From Elusimicrobiota bacterium (GTDB taxonomy: Bacteria > Elusimicrobiota > Elusimicrobia > UBA1565), in contig JBDRPD010000093.1 in NCBI GenBank assembly GCA_043827405.1, forward strand, positions 1 to 61,365: a stretch of DNA of 61,365 nucleotides, given 5' to 3'. A model generated the notes under the pieces. It was not told the DNA's origin. It ran no database searches and worked only from the letters and a program-made list of their open reading frames with translations. Each line of letters opens with the position of its first letter. Position 1 is the first letter of the stretch. A program made the position numbers and the translations under genes. This document shows, piece after piece, positions 52,748 to 61,365 of the stretch.

Positions 52748-54571
52748 ATGCAGCAGGTGTTACTGCTCGTTCTTTTTTCGGCCGCGGCGGTTTCCGCTGA
52801 GGCGCCGCAGGCTCCCGCTGCGGCGCCGAGCGCCAGTACGGCTGCCCCGTGGGTGCAGGTCGTCTGGCCCTTCGAAGGGGATGACTATCCCTACCTGGAG
52901 CGCTCGTTTACCCTCGGCAGCGTTACGCCCGGCTCGACTTTGACCGTCAACGGCACGGCGCTGCCCGTGGAGGACAACGGGGCGTTTCTCGGCATGCTGC
53001 CTTTCGCTACCGGCGTCTTCACGCTCAACTATACGGCGATCTGGAACGGACAGTTCGCGACCTCCTCGGTAACCGTCAAGGTGGCGCCGCCCGGCGGCTT
53101 GACCGCTGTCGAGGGCAAGGCGGTTTTTTTGCAACCGTCCGAGCCGCTCGCGGTGCGCCGCGGGGACCTGATCGAGGTTCGCTGCCTCGGCCCGGCCGGG
53201 CATTCCGGCGCCTTCCGCATTAAGGGGCTGACGCGCTGGCTGCCCATGGCCGAGACCGCGGAGCCGGTCCCGGGTGTATACGCGGGCCATTATTGGGTGC
53301 AGCCGCGCGATCGCGGCGAGGATCGCGAGATCGAATGCCGCATCAAGTCCGGGATGTGGGGCGGGGTGAGCGCGCGCGGCCCCGGCCGCGTCACCGTGCT
53401 CGATCCGGCCCAGACGCGGACCGCCGCGACCAAGACAGCGAATACCGTGGTTAAGACGATCCCGGGAGGCTATACCCTGTTCTACCCGCCGGGGGTGCTC
53501 TTCGCAGTCGACGGCCGGCGCGGCGAGCTGTCGCGCGTGCGCTTCACGGAGAACTTTTCCGGCTGGGTGGACACCGGACGGCTGGAGTTCCTGCCGGAAG
53601 GGACGCCGCCGCCGCGCGGGATGGTCGGGCGCTGGGTGCGGACCTATGTGGAAGGCGACCGGGTTCGTCTCAATATCCGGGCACCGGTGAAGCTGCCGTA
53701 TGAGGTGCGGCATACGATCGATCCCCTGCGTTTCGAGATCCGCTTTTTCGGCGCCGCTCAGCGCTTCGACCGCATCGTCTACCGCAGCGACGATCCGATC
53801 GTAAAGGAGATACGGTGGCGCCAGGAGAGCGAAAGCGTGGTGCTGGTGAGCGTCGAGACGCGGCTTAAATGGAGCTGGGGTTATCACGGCGCCTACGACG
53901 AAGACGGCTTTTTTGCGCTTGAGATCCGCCGGCCGCCGGACCTGACCCGGAGCGCGAATGTTCTGGCCGGCCGAAAAATCGTTATCGATCCCGGACATGG
54001 TCCGATGAAGCAGGCGATCGGGCCGCTGGGCACCAATGAACGTGATCTGAATATGGCGGTCAGCGGCAGACTGGAAGCGCTGCTGCTCGAGGCCGGCGCC
54101 GATGTCTATATGATTCGCACCAGCTCCGACGGCCCCTCGCTGGTCGACCGGCCGCTGCTGGCGCGGGAGGCGGGCGGGGATATCTATATCAGCATCCACC
54201 ACAACGGCTTCCGCAAGACCTGGGATCCGCGCTCGGCGCCGCGGGGATTTACCAACTTCTATTATCATTCGCAGAGCCTGCCGTTGGTGGAAGCGATGCA
54301 CGAAAGCTATCGGCAGCGGCATCCCGACTTCGCCGATGAGAGCGTGCGCTGGGGCGACCTGCATGTGCTGCGGATTACCGACATGCCTTCGGTGCTGACC
54401 GAATCGGGCTATATCGTCCTGCCCGAGCACGAGAAGCTGTTTGTTCAGCCCGCCTATCAGGAAAAGTTCGCCCGCACCATGTTCGAGGGGATGCGCAATT
54501 TATACCTGGAGTATCAGGCCCTGCAAAGGAAGAGCCCCGACGAGCAGGCCGCCGCCGGGGCTCTTGATTAG
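52748..54571 (+). CDS. N-acetylmuramoyl-L-alanine amidase (Amidase_3) with N-terminal accessory domains
   Basis: Signal peptide; IVIDPGHG, NERDLN, ISIHHN, VLTESG zinc/catalytic motifs. Confidence 0.92.
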   Translation: MQQVLLLVLFSAAAVSAEAPQAPAAAPSASTAAPWVQVVWPFEGDDYPYLERSFTLGSVTPGSTLTVNGTALPVEDNGAFLGMLPFATGVFTLNYTAIWNGQFATSSVTVKVAPPGGLTAVEGKAVFLQPSEPLAVRRGDLIEVRCLGPAGHSGAFRIKGLTRWLPMAETAEPVPGVYAGHYWVQPRDRGEDREIECRIKSGMWGGVSARGPGRVTVLDPAQTRTAATKTANTVVKTIPGGYTLFYPPGVLFAVDGRRGELSRVRFTENFSGWVDTGRLEFLPEGTPPPRGMVGRWVRTYVEGDRVRLNIRAPVKLPYEVRHTIDPLRFEIRFFGAAQRFDRIVYRSDDPIVKEIRWRQESESVVLVSVETRLKWSWGYHGAYDEDGFFALEIRRPPDLTRSANVLAGRKIVIDPGHGPMKQAIGPLGTNERDLNMAVSGRLEALLLEAGADVYMIRTSSDGPSLVDRPLLAREAGGDIYISIHHNGFRKTWDPRSAPRGFTNFYYHSQSLPLVEAMHESYRQRHPDFADESVRWGDLHVLRITDMPSVLTESGYIVLPEHEKLFVQPAYQEKFARTMFEGMRNLYLEYQALQRKSPDEQAAAGALD

Positions 54572-54596
54572 CACCTCCTGTGTGTCGTTCCCAACC

Positions 54597-55712
54597 TTAC
54601 GGGCGCTGCTCCTGGCCGTCTGACGTTTGGGTCATGCGCCGAGTCTCGCGTACTGCCGTCAGGCTGCCTTCGAGCTCACCCTTAACGGCGGGATCGGTCT
54701 CTATCTGCAGGCGGGCCGCCAGCATCTCCTCGCCCCGCTCAAGCTCCAGTCCCTGATGCTTGACCGCATCCGGGATGATGCGGGCGACGAGCCGGCGGAT
54801 TCCGGGGTCGGCATGCGCCAGGCGCCGCTGCGCCGCCGGCATGACCGAGCGCGTCAGCGTTGGCCGCAGCCAGACCACGCGCAGAGCGCGCAGCAGCTCG
54901 TCGTCATCGGCCTTCTCGATATGCTGCGCCATGAGCCGCCCGCTGAACCACGGCAGCTCCTTTATGTCGGCCAGCATTCCCGCTTTCTCGAGACGCGAGA
55001 GCACCGGGCCCAGGAGGTGCGGCCGGTGCAGGTTTTGGATCTCGACGGCGCAGTGCCGCAGGGTGCGGTTGTCTTCCGTCGATTCCATGAGCGCCATCAG
55101 CTCATTTTCCGCCGCGGCGCCCAGGGAGCGCCGGATCACCGCGGGACGCAGCCACTGCGGCACGCCCGATGAATGCACCGCGGTGTAGACCGCGCTGCGG
55201 ACCGTCTCGTCCTTTATCCAGCCGCTGGAGAGCAGCTGCAATGCCGCGGTTTTCTCCTGCGCGTCCGGTGAACTCAGGATGCCGGCCGCGAAGGCGTGCG
55301 CCGCCGGCGTGTCGAGCCTGGTCAGTACGAGCCCCAGCGCCTGCCGCTTGATCGCCGCGCTCTTGGCGGTTTCCCCCGGCTCGCCGTCATAGAGCTCGAT
55401 TACGGACAGCGCGCTCTCCTCGCGCATCTCCGCGCTGAGCTCCTTGCCCGCGTCCCGGTCGAGCGCTCCGGCGAGCGCGCCGAGCGCCGCCTGACGCACG
55501 TTCGGATCGAGGCTGACCAAAGTCGGCAGGAGCGTCTGGAACTCCTCGTCGACCGTCATCGGCGCCGGCTCGAGCATGTCGATAGGCGCCGTTATCTGCG
55601 CGGTTCGCTGATATCCCATCTGCGGGACGAACAGCGAATCGTATATGCTGAAACCCGCCAGTGCGATCACGGCGGCGGCTCCCAGCGCCACTCCCAGTTT
55701 CGTCTTTTCCAT
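54597..55712 (-). CDS. Membrane-anchored HEAT-repeat-like protein
   Basis: N-terminal TM; LDPNVRQAAL, DPGIRRLVA, DPAVKGE HEAT-like motifs; AAGGAGG SD. Confidence 0.75.
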   Translation of the reverse strand: MEKTKLGVALGAAAVIALAGFSIYDSLFVPQMGYQRTAQITAPIDMLEPAPMTVDEEFQTLLPTLVSLDPNVRQAALGALAGALDRDAGKELSAEMREESALSVIELYDGEPGETAKSAAIKRQALGLVLTRLDTPAAHAFAAGILSSPDAQEKTAALQLLSSGWIKDETVRSAVYTAVHSSGVPQWLRPAVIRRSLGAAAENELMALMESTEDNRTLRHCAVEIQNLHRPHLLGPVLSRLEKAGMLADIKELPWFSGRLMAQHIEKADDDELLRALRVVWLRPTLTRSVMPAAQRRLAHADPGIRRLVARIIPDAVKHQGLELERGEEMLAARLQIETDPAVKGELEGSLTAVRETRRMTQTSDGQEQRP

Positions 55713-55832
55713 GTTGCTGCCTCCTTTGGGGCGCCCTCTTGGAGCCGCCCTCTGCTCAACTACGCGGAGGCAGGGGTGATTATTTCAGCCGGGACGGTAC
55801 CGGCCTTTAACTTATTCAACTTATTGGAATTA

Positions 55833-56207
55833 TTAGAGAAGAAACAGCATAAGTGCCGCGAGACATAACCCCGTGTTGATAACGGGGGCGGCAAAGTTGA
55901 CGGCGTCGGTGATGGGCGCGGGCTCCTGCGGCGGGCTCGTGCGTCCGGTTTCCGCGCCGCCGGGGCCGAAACGCAGCTGCAGTCCGTCGCCGGGCCGGGG
56001 ACGGTTGGGCCGGCCGAGCGACAAGAAGCTTTCCGGCGATTCGTCGCCGCACAAAATTCGGGTGCGCGAGCAGCGTCTGTCCGCCCGGCCATAGACGTTG
56101 CTTTGCATGTATCCGTGCCAGGTGAGTTCGGCGTGGTAAATTCCGGACGCGCCGGCAGGTAGTACAAATACCGCCAGGAAGATCGGGATCAGGTAGAGGG
56201 CGCGCAC
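55833..56207 (-). CDS. Hypothetical exported/membrane protein
   Basis: Signal-peptide-like N-terminus and hydrophobic C-terminus; CATACT lies 6 nt before GTG at 56207. Confidence 0.5.
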   Translation of the reverse strand: MRALYLIPIFLAVFVLPAGASGIYHAELTWHGYMQSNVYGRADRRCSRTRILCGDESPESFLSLGRPNRPRPGDGLQLRFGPGGAETGRTSPPQEPAPITDAVNFAAPVINTGLCLAALMLFLL

Positions 56208-56253
56208 GACCATAGTATGCCGCAAGCCGGACGCGGCGGCAAGGCGGCGGCGC

Positions 56254-57021
56254 TTAGCGGAGTCTGCTCAGGAAGTCGTCGTCTTTAAGCAGGCGCCCGC
56301 ATAGCTGGCGGGCCAGGTCCTGCCCGGCCGCCACATCGCTTGGATGGTGTACGCCGACTATCGCGCGCAGCTCGCCGAGACGGTCGCCGTAGTCGCCAAG
56401 CGTCCCGGCCCGGTCTTCATACTTGGCCGCCAGAACGCAGGCGCCCAAATGCGCCAACAAGGCATGCGAGCTGGGATAGGACGTGCGGCCGCCCGGCTTA
56501 TGCGCGCAGGGGATCAGCGTCGGATCCGTCGTGAAGGGCCGCGGGCGGGAATACTTGTGCTTGTAGTAGCCTGCGATTCGCGTACCGAGTTTGAAGACTT
56601 CGTCCATTAAGGGCGCCATGGCCGCAACTTCCGCCTGGGTCAGCGGCGAGGAGCCCGCACTGAAGAGATACTTGAAGGCTGGAATTTTCTGCGAACGCGC
56701 CTGGCGGCAGGCCGCTTCGGATCTCTGTTCCTGCCAGTCATGGAGAATACGGAAATCAAGAGCGGATTCCGGACTTCCTAATGCGGGGTAGTCCGCGACC
56801 GCAAAACTCTCGGAAGGGATATCCTGCCAGTTCGCCGCCTGCGTCGGGGCGACGGCGCGGCCGGCAATCTGCGCGTCCTCTCCCGGCTGAGCTCTCCGTT
56901 CCTTTAAATCTCCCAGCAGGACCGAGATGTCGCCCCCGAGAGAGAGCGGTTCCTGCGTCCATGCCGGCCGGGCGCACAGAGAGAGACAGATAGTCAGAGA
57001 TAGCGCCAAGCCCATCCGCAT
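56254..57021 (-). CDS. Secreted PAP2-family (class A) acid phosphatase
   Basis: KHKYSRPRP, SYPSSH, RAIVGVHHPSDV; signal peptide. Confidence 0.9.
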   Translation of the reverse strand: MRMGLALSLTICLSLCARPAWTQEPLSLGGDISVLLGDLKERRAQPGEDAQIAGRAVAPTQAANWQDIPSESFAVADYPALGSPESALDFRILHDWQEQRSEAACRQARSQKIPAFKYLFSAGSSPLTQAEVAAMAPLMDEVFKLGTRIAGYYKHKYSRPRPFTTDPTLIPCAHKPGGRTSYPSSHALLAHLGACVLAAKYEDRAGTLGDYGDRLGELRAIVGVHHPSDVAAGQDLARQLCGRLLKDDDFLSRLR

Positions 57022-57029
57022 ACAGGGAT

Positions 57030-57095
57030 AGGATGGCCCATGCCGCAGGCATAAAGCAGGGCCCTAGAGCCCAGGCGAGTATGGGCCTAAGGGCC
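57030..57095 (-). promoter_or_regulatory. -10-like box plus tandem GGGCC-N3-GGGCC motifs
   Basis: CATCCT(57030-57035) 8 nt before ATG; gggcc-cta-gagcc (57059-57071) and gggcc-taa-gggcc (57083-57095), 24 bp apart. Confidence 0.5.
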
Positions 57096-57097
57096 TA

Positions 57098-58519
57098 TTA
57101 GGGCGCGGACTGCCGCGCGGCGGCCAGCCGCAGCACAACCCCGTAGAGCAGTTTAAGATAGGGCCCCAGGGCGGCGACCGGAATCCGCTCATCGGCGCCG
57201 TGCGACCGTTCTCCGTCCTCGACGGTCAGGGGCGGGTCGAGCCCGTAAACCTTGACTCCCCGCGCTCGGAAGGCGAGAGAGTCCGTCGACCATGCCGCCA
57301 TGTACGGCCGAACCGGCGCGCCGGGGGCGAGCTCGCCGGCGGCGTTTTCGACCGCCCGGAAGAGCTCGCTGTCTATCGGCATCGCCGGAGGCGAAGGGAA
57401 CTTCGGACGCGTATAGCCCACCTCGACCCCGGGTTCGCGCATCACGTCCTGCAGGCTGGAAACGAACCGGGCGACGTCGCTTCCGGGAAGAAGCCGGCAG
57501 TTGACTACGGCCTCCGCCGTCGCGGGGATGACGTTCGACTTGTACCCGGCCTTGAGTATCGTCACCGCGCAGGTATCTTTGAGGATCGCTCCGTGCTCCG
57601 GGGACAGCCCGGCGATCGCGCGGGCCGCTGCGGACCGGGCCTTGCCTTCGGCGCCCAGCAGGCGGTTTATCTCCCGCCTAAGCTCCGGGGAAGAGTCTTC
57701 CCTGACCGCGCGCAGATAGGCCATCGAGACCTCGGGAAACTCGAACTCCGGCTCCCAATCGGCCAGCCGGCCCAAGGCTCGTACCAGGACGTGGACGGCG
57801 TCCTCCCTGCCGGGCTTGGAAGAATGCCCGGCCTTTCCCCGCACGCTCAGATTCAGGTCCAGATACTGCTTCTCCCCGCATTGGAGGTCGATCGCGGCGA
57901 TGCGGCCGTCGCGCCACAGGATGAAACCGCCCTCGTTGATCCCGAACTCCGCGTCGAGCTTGTCGAAGTGCTTGTCGATTAGCCAGTCCAGGTGCCGGTC
58001 GGATCCTCCCGACTCCTCATCCGCTTGCGCCAAAAAGATCACATCGCGGTCGAGGCTCACCTGGTGCCGGCGGAGCAGGGACATGACAGTCAGTTCTGCC
58101 GCGCACATGCCCTTGATGTCCGCCGCTCCCCGGCCGTAAAGATAACCGTCCTTCTCAACTGCGCCGAAGGGATCGACCGACCACTTGGACCGGTCGGCCG
58201 GCACGACGTCGGTATGACAGATGATGAGCAGCGGCCGCTTGCGGCCGCTCCCCGGGAGCCGCGCGACCAAGGACCCGCGCGTCCCGCTGGAGATGAGCAA
58301 TTCGGACCGGATGCCGTCCCGGCTCAGCGCGTCGCGCAAGTAGCGCGCGGCCAGGATCTCGTTGCCGGGAGGGTTCGACGTATCGATACGGATGAGCGCC
58401 TTAAGGTGAGCGAGCGCCTCGCGTTCAGCGGTGCGCCAGGCCTCATCCGGTATCCCGGCGGCCTGCGCCGAGGCGCTCAGTGCGGCGAGGACGATGACCG
58501 CGACGATCCGGACCATCAT
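57098..58519 (-). CDS. Secreted M20-family metallopeptidase/amidohydrolase
   Basis: True start 58519 (ATGA overlap); signal peptide; CHTDVVP, GRGAADIKG, ADEESG, NEGG, GHSS, SHGADE. Confidence 0.93.
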   Translation of the reverse strand: MMVRIVAVIVLAALSASAQAAGIPDEAWRTAEREALAHLKALIRIDTSNPPGNEILAARYLRDALSRDGIRSELLISSGTRGSLVARLPGSGRKRPLLIICHTDVVPADRSKWSVDPFGAVEKDGYLYGRGAADIKGMCAAELTVMSLLRRHQVSLDRDVIFLAQADEESGGSDRHLDWLIDKHFDKLDAEFGINEGGFILWRDGRIAAIDLQCGEKQYLDLNLSVRGKAGHSSKPGREDAVHVLVRALGRLADWEPEFEFPEVSMAYLRAVREDSSPELRREINRLLGAEGKARSAAARAIAGLSPEHGAILKDTCAVTILKAGYKSNVIPATAEAVVNCRLLPGSDVARFVSSLQDVMREPGVEVGYTRPKFPSPPAMPIDSELFRAVENAAGELAPGAPVRPYMAAWSTDSLAFRARGVKVYGLDPPLTVEDGERSHGADERIPVAALGPYLKLLYGVVLRLAAARQSAP

Positions 58520-59172
58520 CGCATCCGTATCAAGGGCGCGGGCACTGCTTCGAGGTGCTGCTCTCCCTTGATGTAGATCGCGAGCTGCTGATGCTCGACG
58601 CGCTTCCCGTCGCGGTTCTCGTAGTCGCGCCAGCGCGCCATGAGTTCGGACTTCGGGAGGTAGGCATATCTTCCGAAGCTCGAAGGGTCCATGGCATAGA
58701 GATAGTGGGCGTCCGCCCCCACCAGAATCACGTAATGTCCATCCTCCCAGCGCTGCTCCCAGGCATAATCGATCTCGCCGTCTTTTCCCGGCTCGATGTT
58801 GGGCCAAGCCTGGAGGTCGAGGACCACCGTTTCGCCGCGGGCGAGCCCGGCCGTGAGGTCGGCAAGCGTCTGCTCCGTCCGGATATCGGCAGTCAGCTTG
58901 TAGGCGCGAGCCAGATCCCTCATGTGGAGGGGGTCGGTCCCTTCCTCCGGAGTCGTCTTGAGCTGCGCGTAGAGGGAGCTTTCGTTCTGGTCGATCAGTT
59001 TCCAATAAAGGAGCACCGCCATCATGACCGCGGCGCCGCAGCTGTAGGAATGGGCCTGCGGGATGACCGGGACCTTGAGATGATCGGCGGGGATGCTCGG
59101 CAGCGGGGAGGCGGCGATGGAAACGGCCAGCAGCAGCGGAAGAGGTGCGGCGGCTAGGCGGAGACTTTTCAT
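58516..59172 (-). CDS. Secreted C39-like cysteine peptidase
   Basis: VPVIPQ...SCGAA (Gln/Cys), GHYVIL (His), AMDP (Asp); signal peptide. Confidence 0.88.
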   Translation of the reverse strand: MKSLRLAAAPLPLLLAVSIAASPLPSIPADHLKVPVIPQAHSYSCGAAVMMAVLLYWKLIDQNESSLYAQLKTTPEEGTDPLHMRDLARAYKLTADIRTEQTLADLTAGLARGETVVLDLQAWPNIEPGKDGEIDYAWEQRWEDGHYVILVGADAHYLYAMDPSSFGRYAYLPKSELMARWRDYENRDGKRVEHQQLAIYIKGEQHLEAVPAPLIRMR

Positions 59173-59204
59173 GAGATTCCATCCATACGGCGATTTCCTG
59201 CCGC

Positions 59205-60365
59205 CTATTTTTTACTGCGCGCGCGCGGCGTCTTTGCGCCTTCCTGAGCCGGGTAGGAGCCCAGGATCTTGAGATACGTCGTCATCTTCCGGAGCTCGGT
59301 GAAAGCCGCCATGATGTTCGGATCGGCGAGGTTCCCTTCTAGGTCAACGTAGAAGAGATACTGGAACCGCGTACCGGAACGCGGCCGGCTCTCGAGTTTG
59401 GTCATATTAAGCTTGTGCCGGTGAAAAACGTCAAGCGCCTTGAGCAGGGCGCCTTCCGCGTGGGGGGTCGCCATGATCAGCGATGTTTTGCAGGGCACGC
59501 GGCGTTCGACTTGGACCGGCGTTTTCGCCGCCACCAGAAAGCGCGTAAAATTCTCCCGGCGGTCGGCCAGGTTGCGGCGTAGCACCTTCAGGCCGTATCT
59601 TCTCCCCGCATCCTCGCTGGCGATCGCGGCCTGCAGGGGGTCCCGGTCTTCGCGCACTTTTCTGACCGCCATGGCCGTGTCGGCGAAGAACTCGGTCTGG
59701 CAGTTATGGAGCTTGCCGAGGAATTTCCCGCACTGGGCGAGCGCCTGGGGATGCGAGAGGACGCGGCGGATCTTGAAGACCGATACGTCTGCAAGAGCGA
59801 GGAGACAGTGGTCGATTCGCAGGACCACCTCGCCGACGATAGTGAGTGAGGTCCCGGCCAGGAGATCGTAGACCTGGTTGATGCTTCCCGCGGTGGTGTT
59901 TTCGATCGGGAGCACGGCGTAGTCGGCGGCGTCCCGCTCGACGGCGCGCACCGTATCGTCGAAAGACTCGCAGCCGGCGAAGAAGGACCTTTCGATCTCC
60001 TTGGCGAAGAACTTGTACGCCGCCAGCTGGCTGTAAGCGCCCTCGATGCCCTGGAAAGTCACGCGGATCGTGTCGCGGCGCCCGGGATGGGCGCGGGCCA
60101 TCAGCTGCAGGCGCTGGGTGCGCAGCGAGTCGTCGATGATCTCCTGGTAGACGCGGGTGACGAGGTGCGCATCGAGACCGTGGCGGCGGCCTTCGCGCGT
60201 CAGCCGGTTGAGTATGCGTTCTTCGCGGCGTACGTCGCGCAGGGAAGTCTTTTTGCTCTTGGCGCGCAGTACGCGGTCGGTGAGTTTGCGCCGGGCGGCG
60301 AGCGCCTGGAGGATGCGGTCATCCGCCTTGTCGATTTCGCCGCGCAGGTTTTTTAGGTCGTCCAT
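59205..60365 (-). CDS. pheA: Bifunctional chorismate mutase/prephenate dehydratase
   Basis: LKNLRGEIDKAD (AroQ), QGIEGAYSQ, LPIENT, SHPQALAQC, NFTRF, ACT domain NMTKLESRP. Confidence 0.96.
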   Translation of the reverse strand: MDDLKNLRGEIDKADDRILQALAARRKLTDRVLRAKSKKTSLRDVRREERILNRLTREGRRHGLDAHLVTRVYQEIIDDSLRTQRLQLMARAHPGRRDTIRVTFQGIEGAYSQLAAYKFFAKEIERSFFAGCESFDDTVRAVERDAADYAVLPIENTTAGSINQVYDLLAGTSLTIVGEVVLRIDHCLLALADVSVFKIRRVLSHPQALAQCGKFLGKLHNCQTEFFADTAMAVRKVREDRDPLQAAIASEDAGRRYGLKVLRRNLADRRENFTRFLVAAKTPVQVERRVPCKTSLIMATPHAEGALLKALDVFHRHKLNMTKLESRPRSGTRFQYLFYVDLEGNLADPNIMAAFTELRKMTTYLKILGSYPAQEGAKTPRARSKK

Positions 60366-60445
60366 AATATCCAAAGATCATACTTATTGTCTGCCCTGGC
60401 GCGTTCTCTCCGTGCGGAGTAAGCTTTCTGCAAGGGAAATATCGC

Positions 60446-61365
60446 ATGCCGAGCGCAAAGAAGCGGATTATACTGGGCTTTTTGATTCTGGCTGGATTTG
60501 GCATTCGAATCTGGAATGTCGAAATCCATGACTGGCACTACGATGAGATGCTGCACGTGGTCGCCGCACAATCGCTGCTTGAAACCGGCTCCCGCACCAT
60601 GCCGTCGGGATGGGTATACTCCCGGTCCCCCGTCGTGACCGCGGGAGGAGCGTTGATGTTTCGGTTCTTCGGAGCGTCTAAAACAGCGGGGCGATTGCCG
60701 GCGGTTTTAATCGGGACGCTGCTGATATTTCTTCTGTATCAATTGACAAAAGATCTGATCGGGTATGGGCCGGCGCTGGGGGTTTCATTTTTATATGCGT
60801 TTTCACCGTACTGTATCACCGCGTCCCGATTCTTCCGCTATTACGCGGATGTGCAGCTGTTTTCTCTGCTCGCATTTTTTCTGGTGCTGCCGTATTTGGC
60901 GCGCTCGTATGAAACAGGGAAAGTCTTTCCACTCATGAGGGAAGCCTTAAGACGGGAGCCGCTGCGCTGTATGGGTGGCTGTTTGTCGCTGGCGGTGAGT
61001 CTCTATCTCATGAAGAGCGACAATAAATTGTCGCTGTCTATTTTCGTTGGTGTTATCGTTGTTTTGGGTATTCGATTTCTCATCGAAGTGTTCCGGCAGG
61101 GGTTTAGAAAGGCCGTTAGAAGATCGGACTGTGCGATCCTCGGCTTGCTGCTTTTTGCGCTAATTTTGACCTATATCGTCTCGCCTCTGAGCATAAAGAA
61201 AATATATTGGGAGTCGCAAAGAATCGACCGTTGGGCGTACGCCAATGCGGACAACCTTTTTTACTATGTGCAGTTATTTCTTAGAGACTACCCCTCGAGC
61301 CTTATCGTCGTTCCTCTGGGCTCCTCTATGATCTGCCGAAAAGAGAAGTGGAAGGGGGCGATGAT
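60446..61365 (+). CDS. GT-C (ArnT/PMT-like) membrane glycosyltransferase, 3'-truncated by window edge
   Basis: Not in the ORF track. Frame open from ATG 60446 (after AAGGGA) to the end: MPSAKKRIILGFLILAGFGIRIW...WHYDEMLH...GRLPAVLIG...AFSPYCITASRFFRYY; polytopic; lower GC. Confidence 0.85.
   Translation, partial: MPSAKKRIILGFLILAGFGIRIWNVEIHDWHYDEMLHVVAAQSLLETGSRTMPSGWVYSRSPVVTAGGALMFRFFGASKTAGRLPAVLIGTLLIFLLYQLTKDLIGYGPALGVSFLYAFSPYCITASRFFRYYADVQLFSLLAFFLVLPYLARSYETGKVFPLMREALRREPLRCMGGCLSLAVSLYLMKSDNKLSLSIFVGVIVVLGIRFLIEVFRQGFRKAVRRSDCAILGLLLFALILTYIVSPLSIKKIYWESQRIDRWAYANADNLFYYVQLFLRDYPSSLIVVPLGSSMICRKEKWKGAM

Noticed and set aside
2417..54430. Long antisense or overlapping ORFs (e.g. 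2417-4057, 13943-15433, 18830-20125, 25762-26955, 43493-45550, 52760-54430)
   Set aside because: They lie opposite well-supported genes and show no family motifs; expected shadow frames in high-GC coding DNA.
58520..59182. Apparent 694-aa M20 protein with a long N-terminal extension
   Set aside because: The extension is an alternate frame of the C39 gene; the signal peptide and ATGA coupling place the real start at 58519.

Overview
GC-rich bacterial chromosomal segment; gene content and order suggest an Elusimicrobiota-like diderm, which is an inference. It is mostly housekeeping: infC-rpmI-rplT-pheST-zapB/zapA-rarA-xseAB; hpt-ftsH-folP-glmM-pdxJ-glmS-acpS-nnrD; tsaEB-TPR-ispE-spoVG-tRNA-Gln-glmU-prs-rplY-pth; sufCBD-Rieske-sufSU-sufT-rrf2-PHP-GDPD-nadA; and pheA. 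Secreted or envelope genes and two TPR-TM-Ser/Thr receptor-like kinases are interspersed. The most striking region is an ~8.4 kb block between nnrD and tsaE. It encodes a circularly permuted enolase with intact catalytic residues fused to an N-terminal M50/site-2-protease-like membrane domain (HEMGH). Convergent with it is a PPDK-like dikinase that keeps the ATP-grasp and phospho-His domains but has an unrecognised C-terminal domain in place of the PEP/pyruvate barrel. Other notable items: a degenerate IspE with a strong internal promoter, a TPR protein with a LolB-like tail, a 25-30 bp inverted repeat and IscR-type boxes upstream of suf, a position-conserved GGGCC-N3-GGGCC promoter motif, and many leaderless-type gene starts. 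No CRISPR array, rRNA, transposase or integrase was seen. All family calls come from motif recognition by eye, not database searches.
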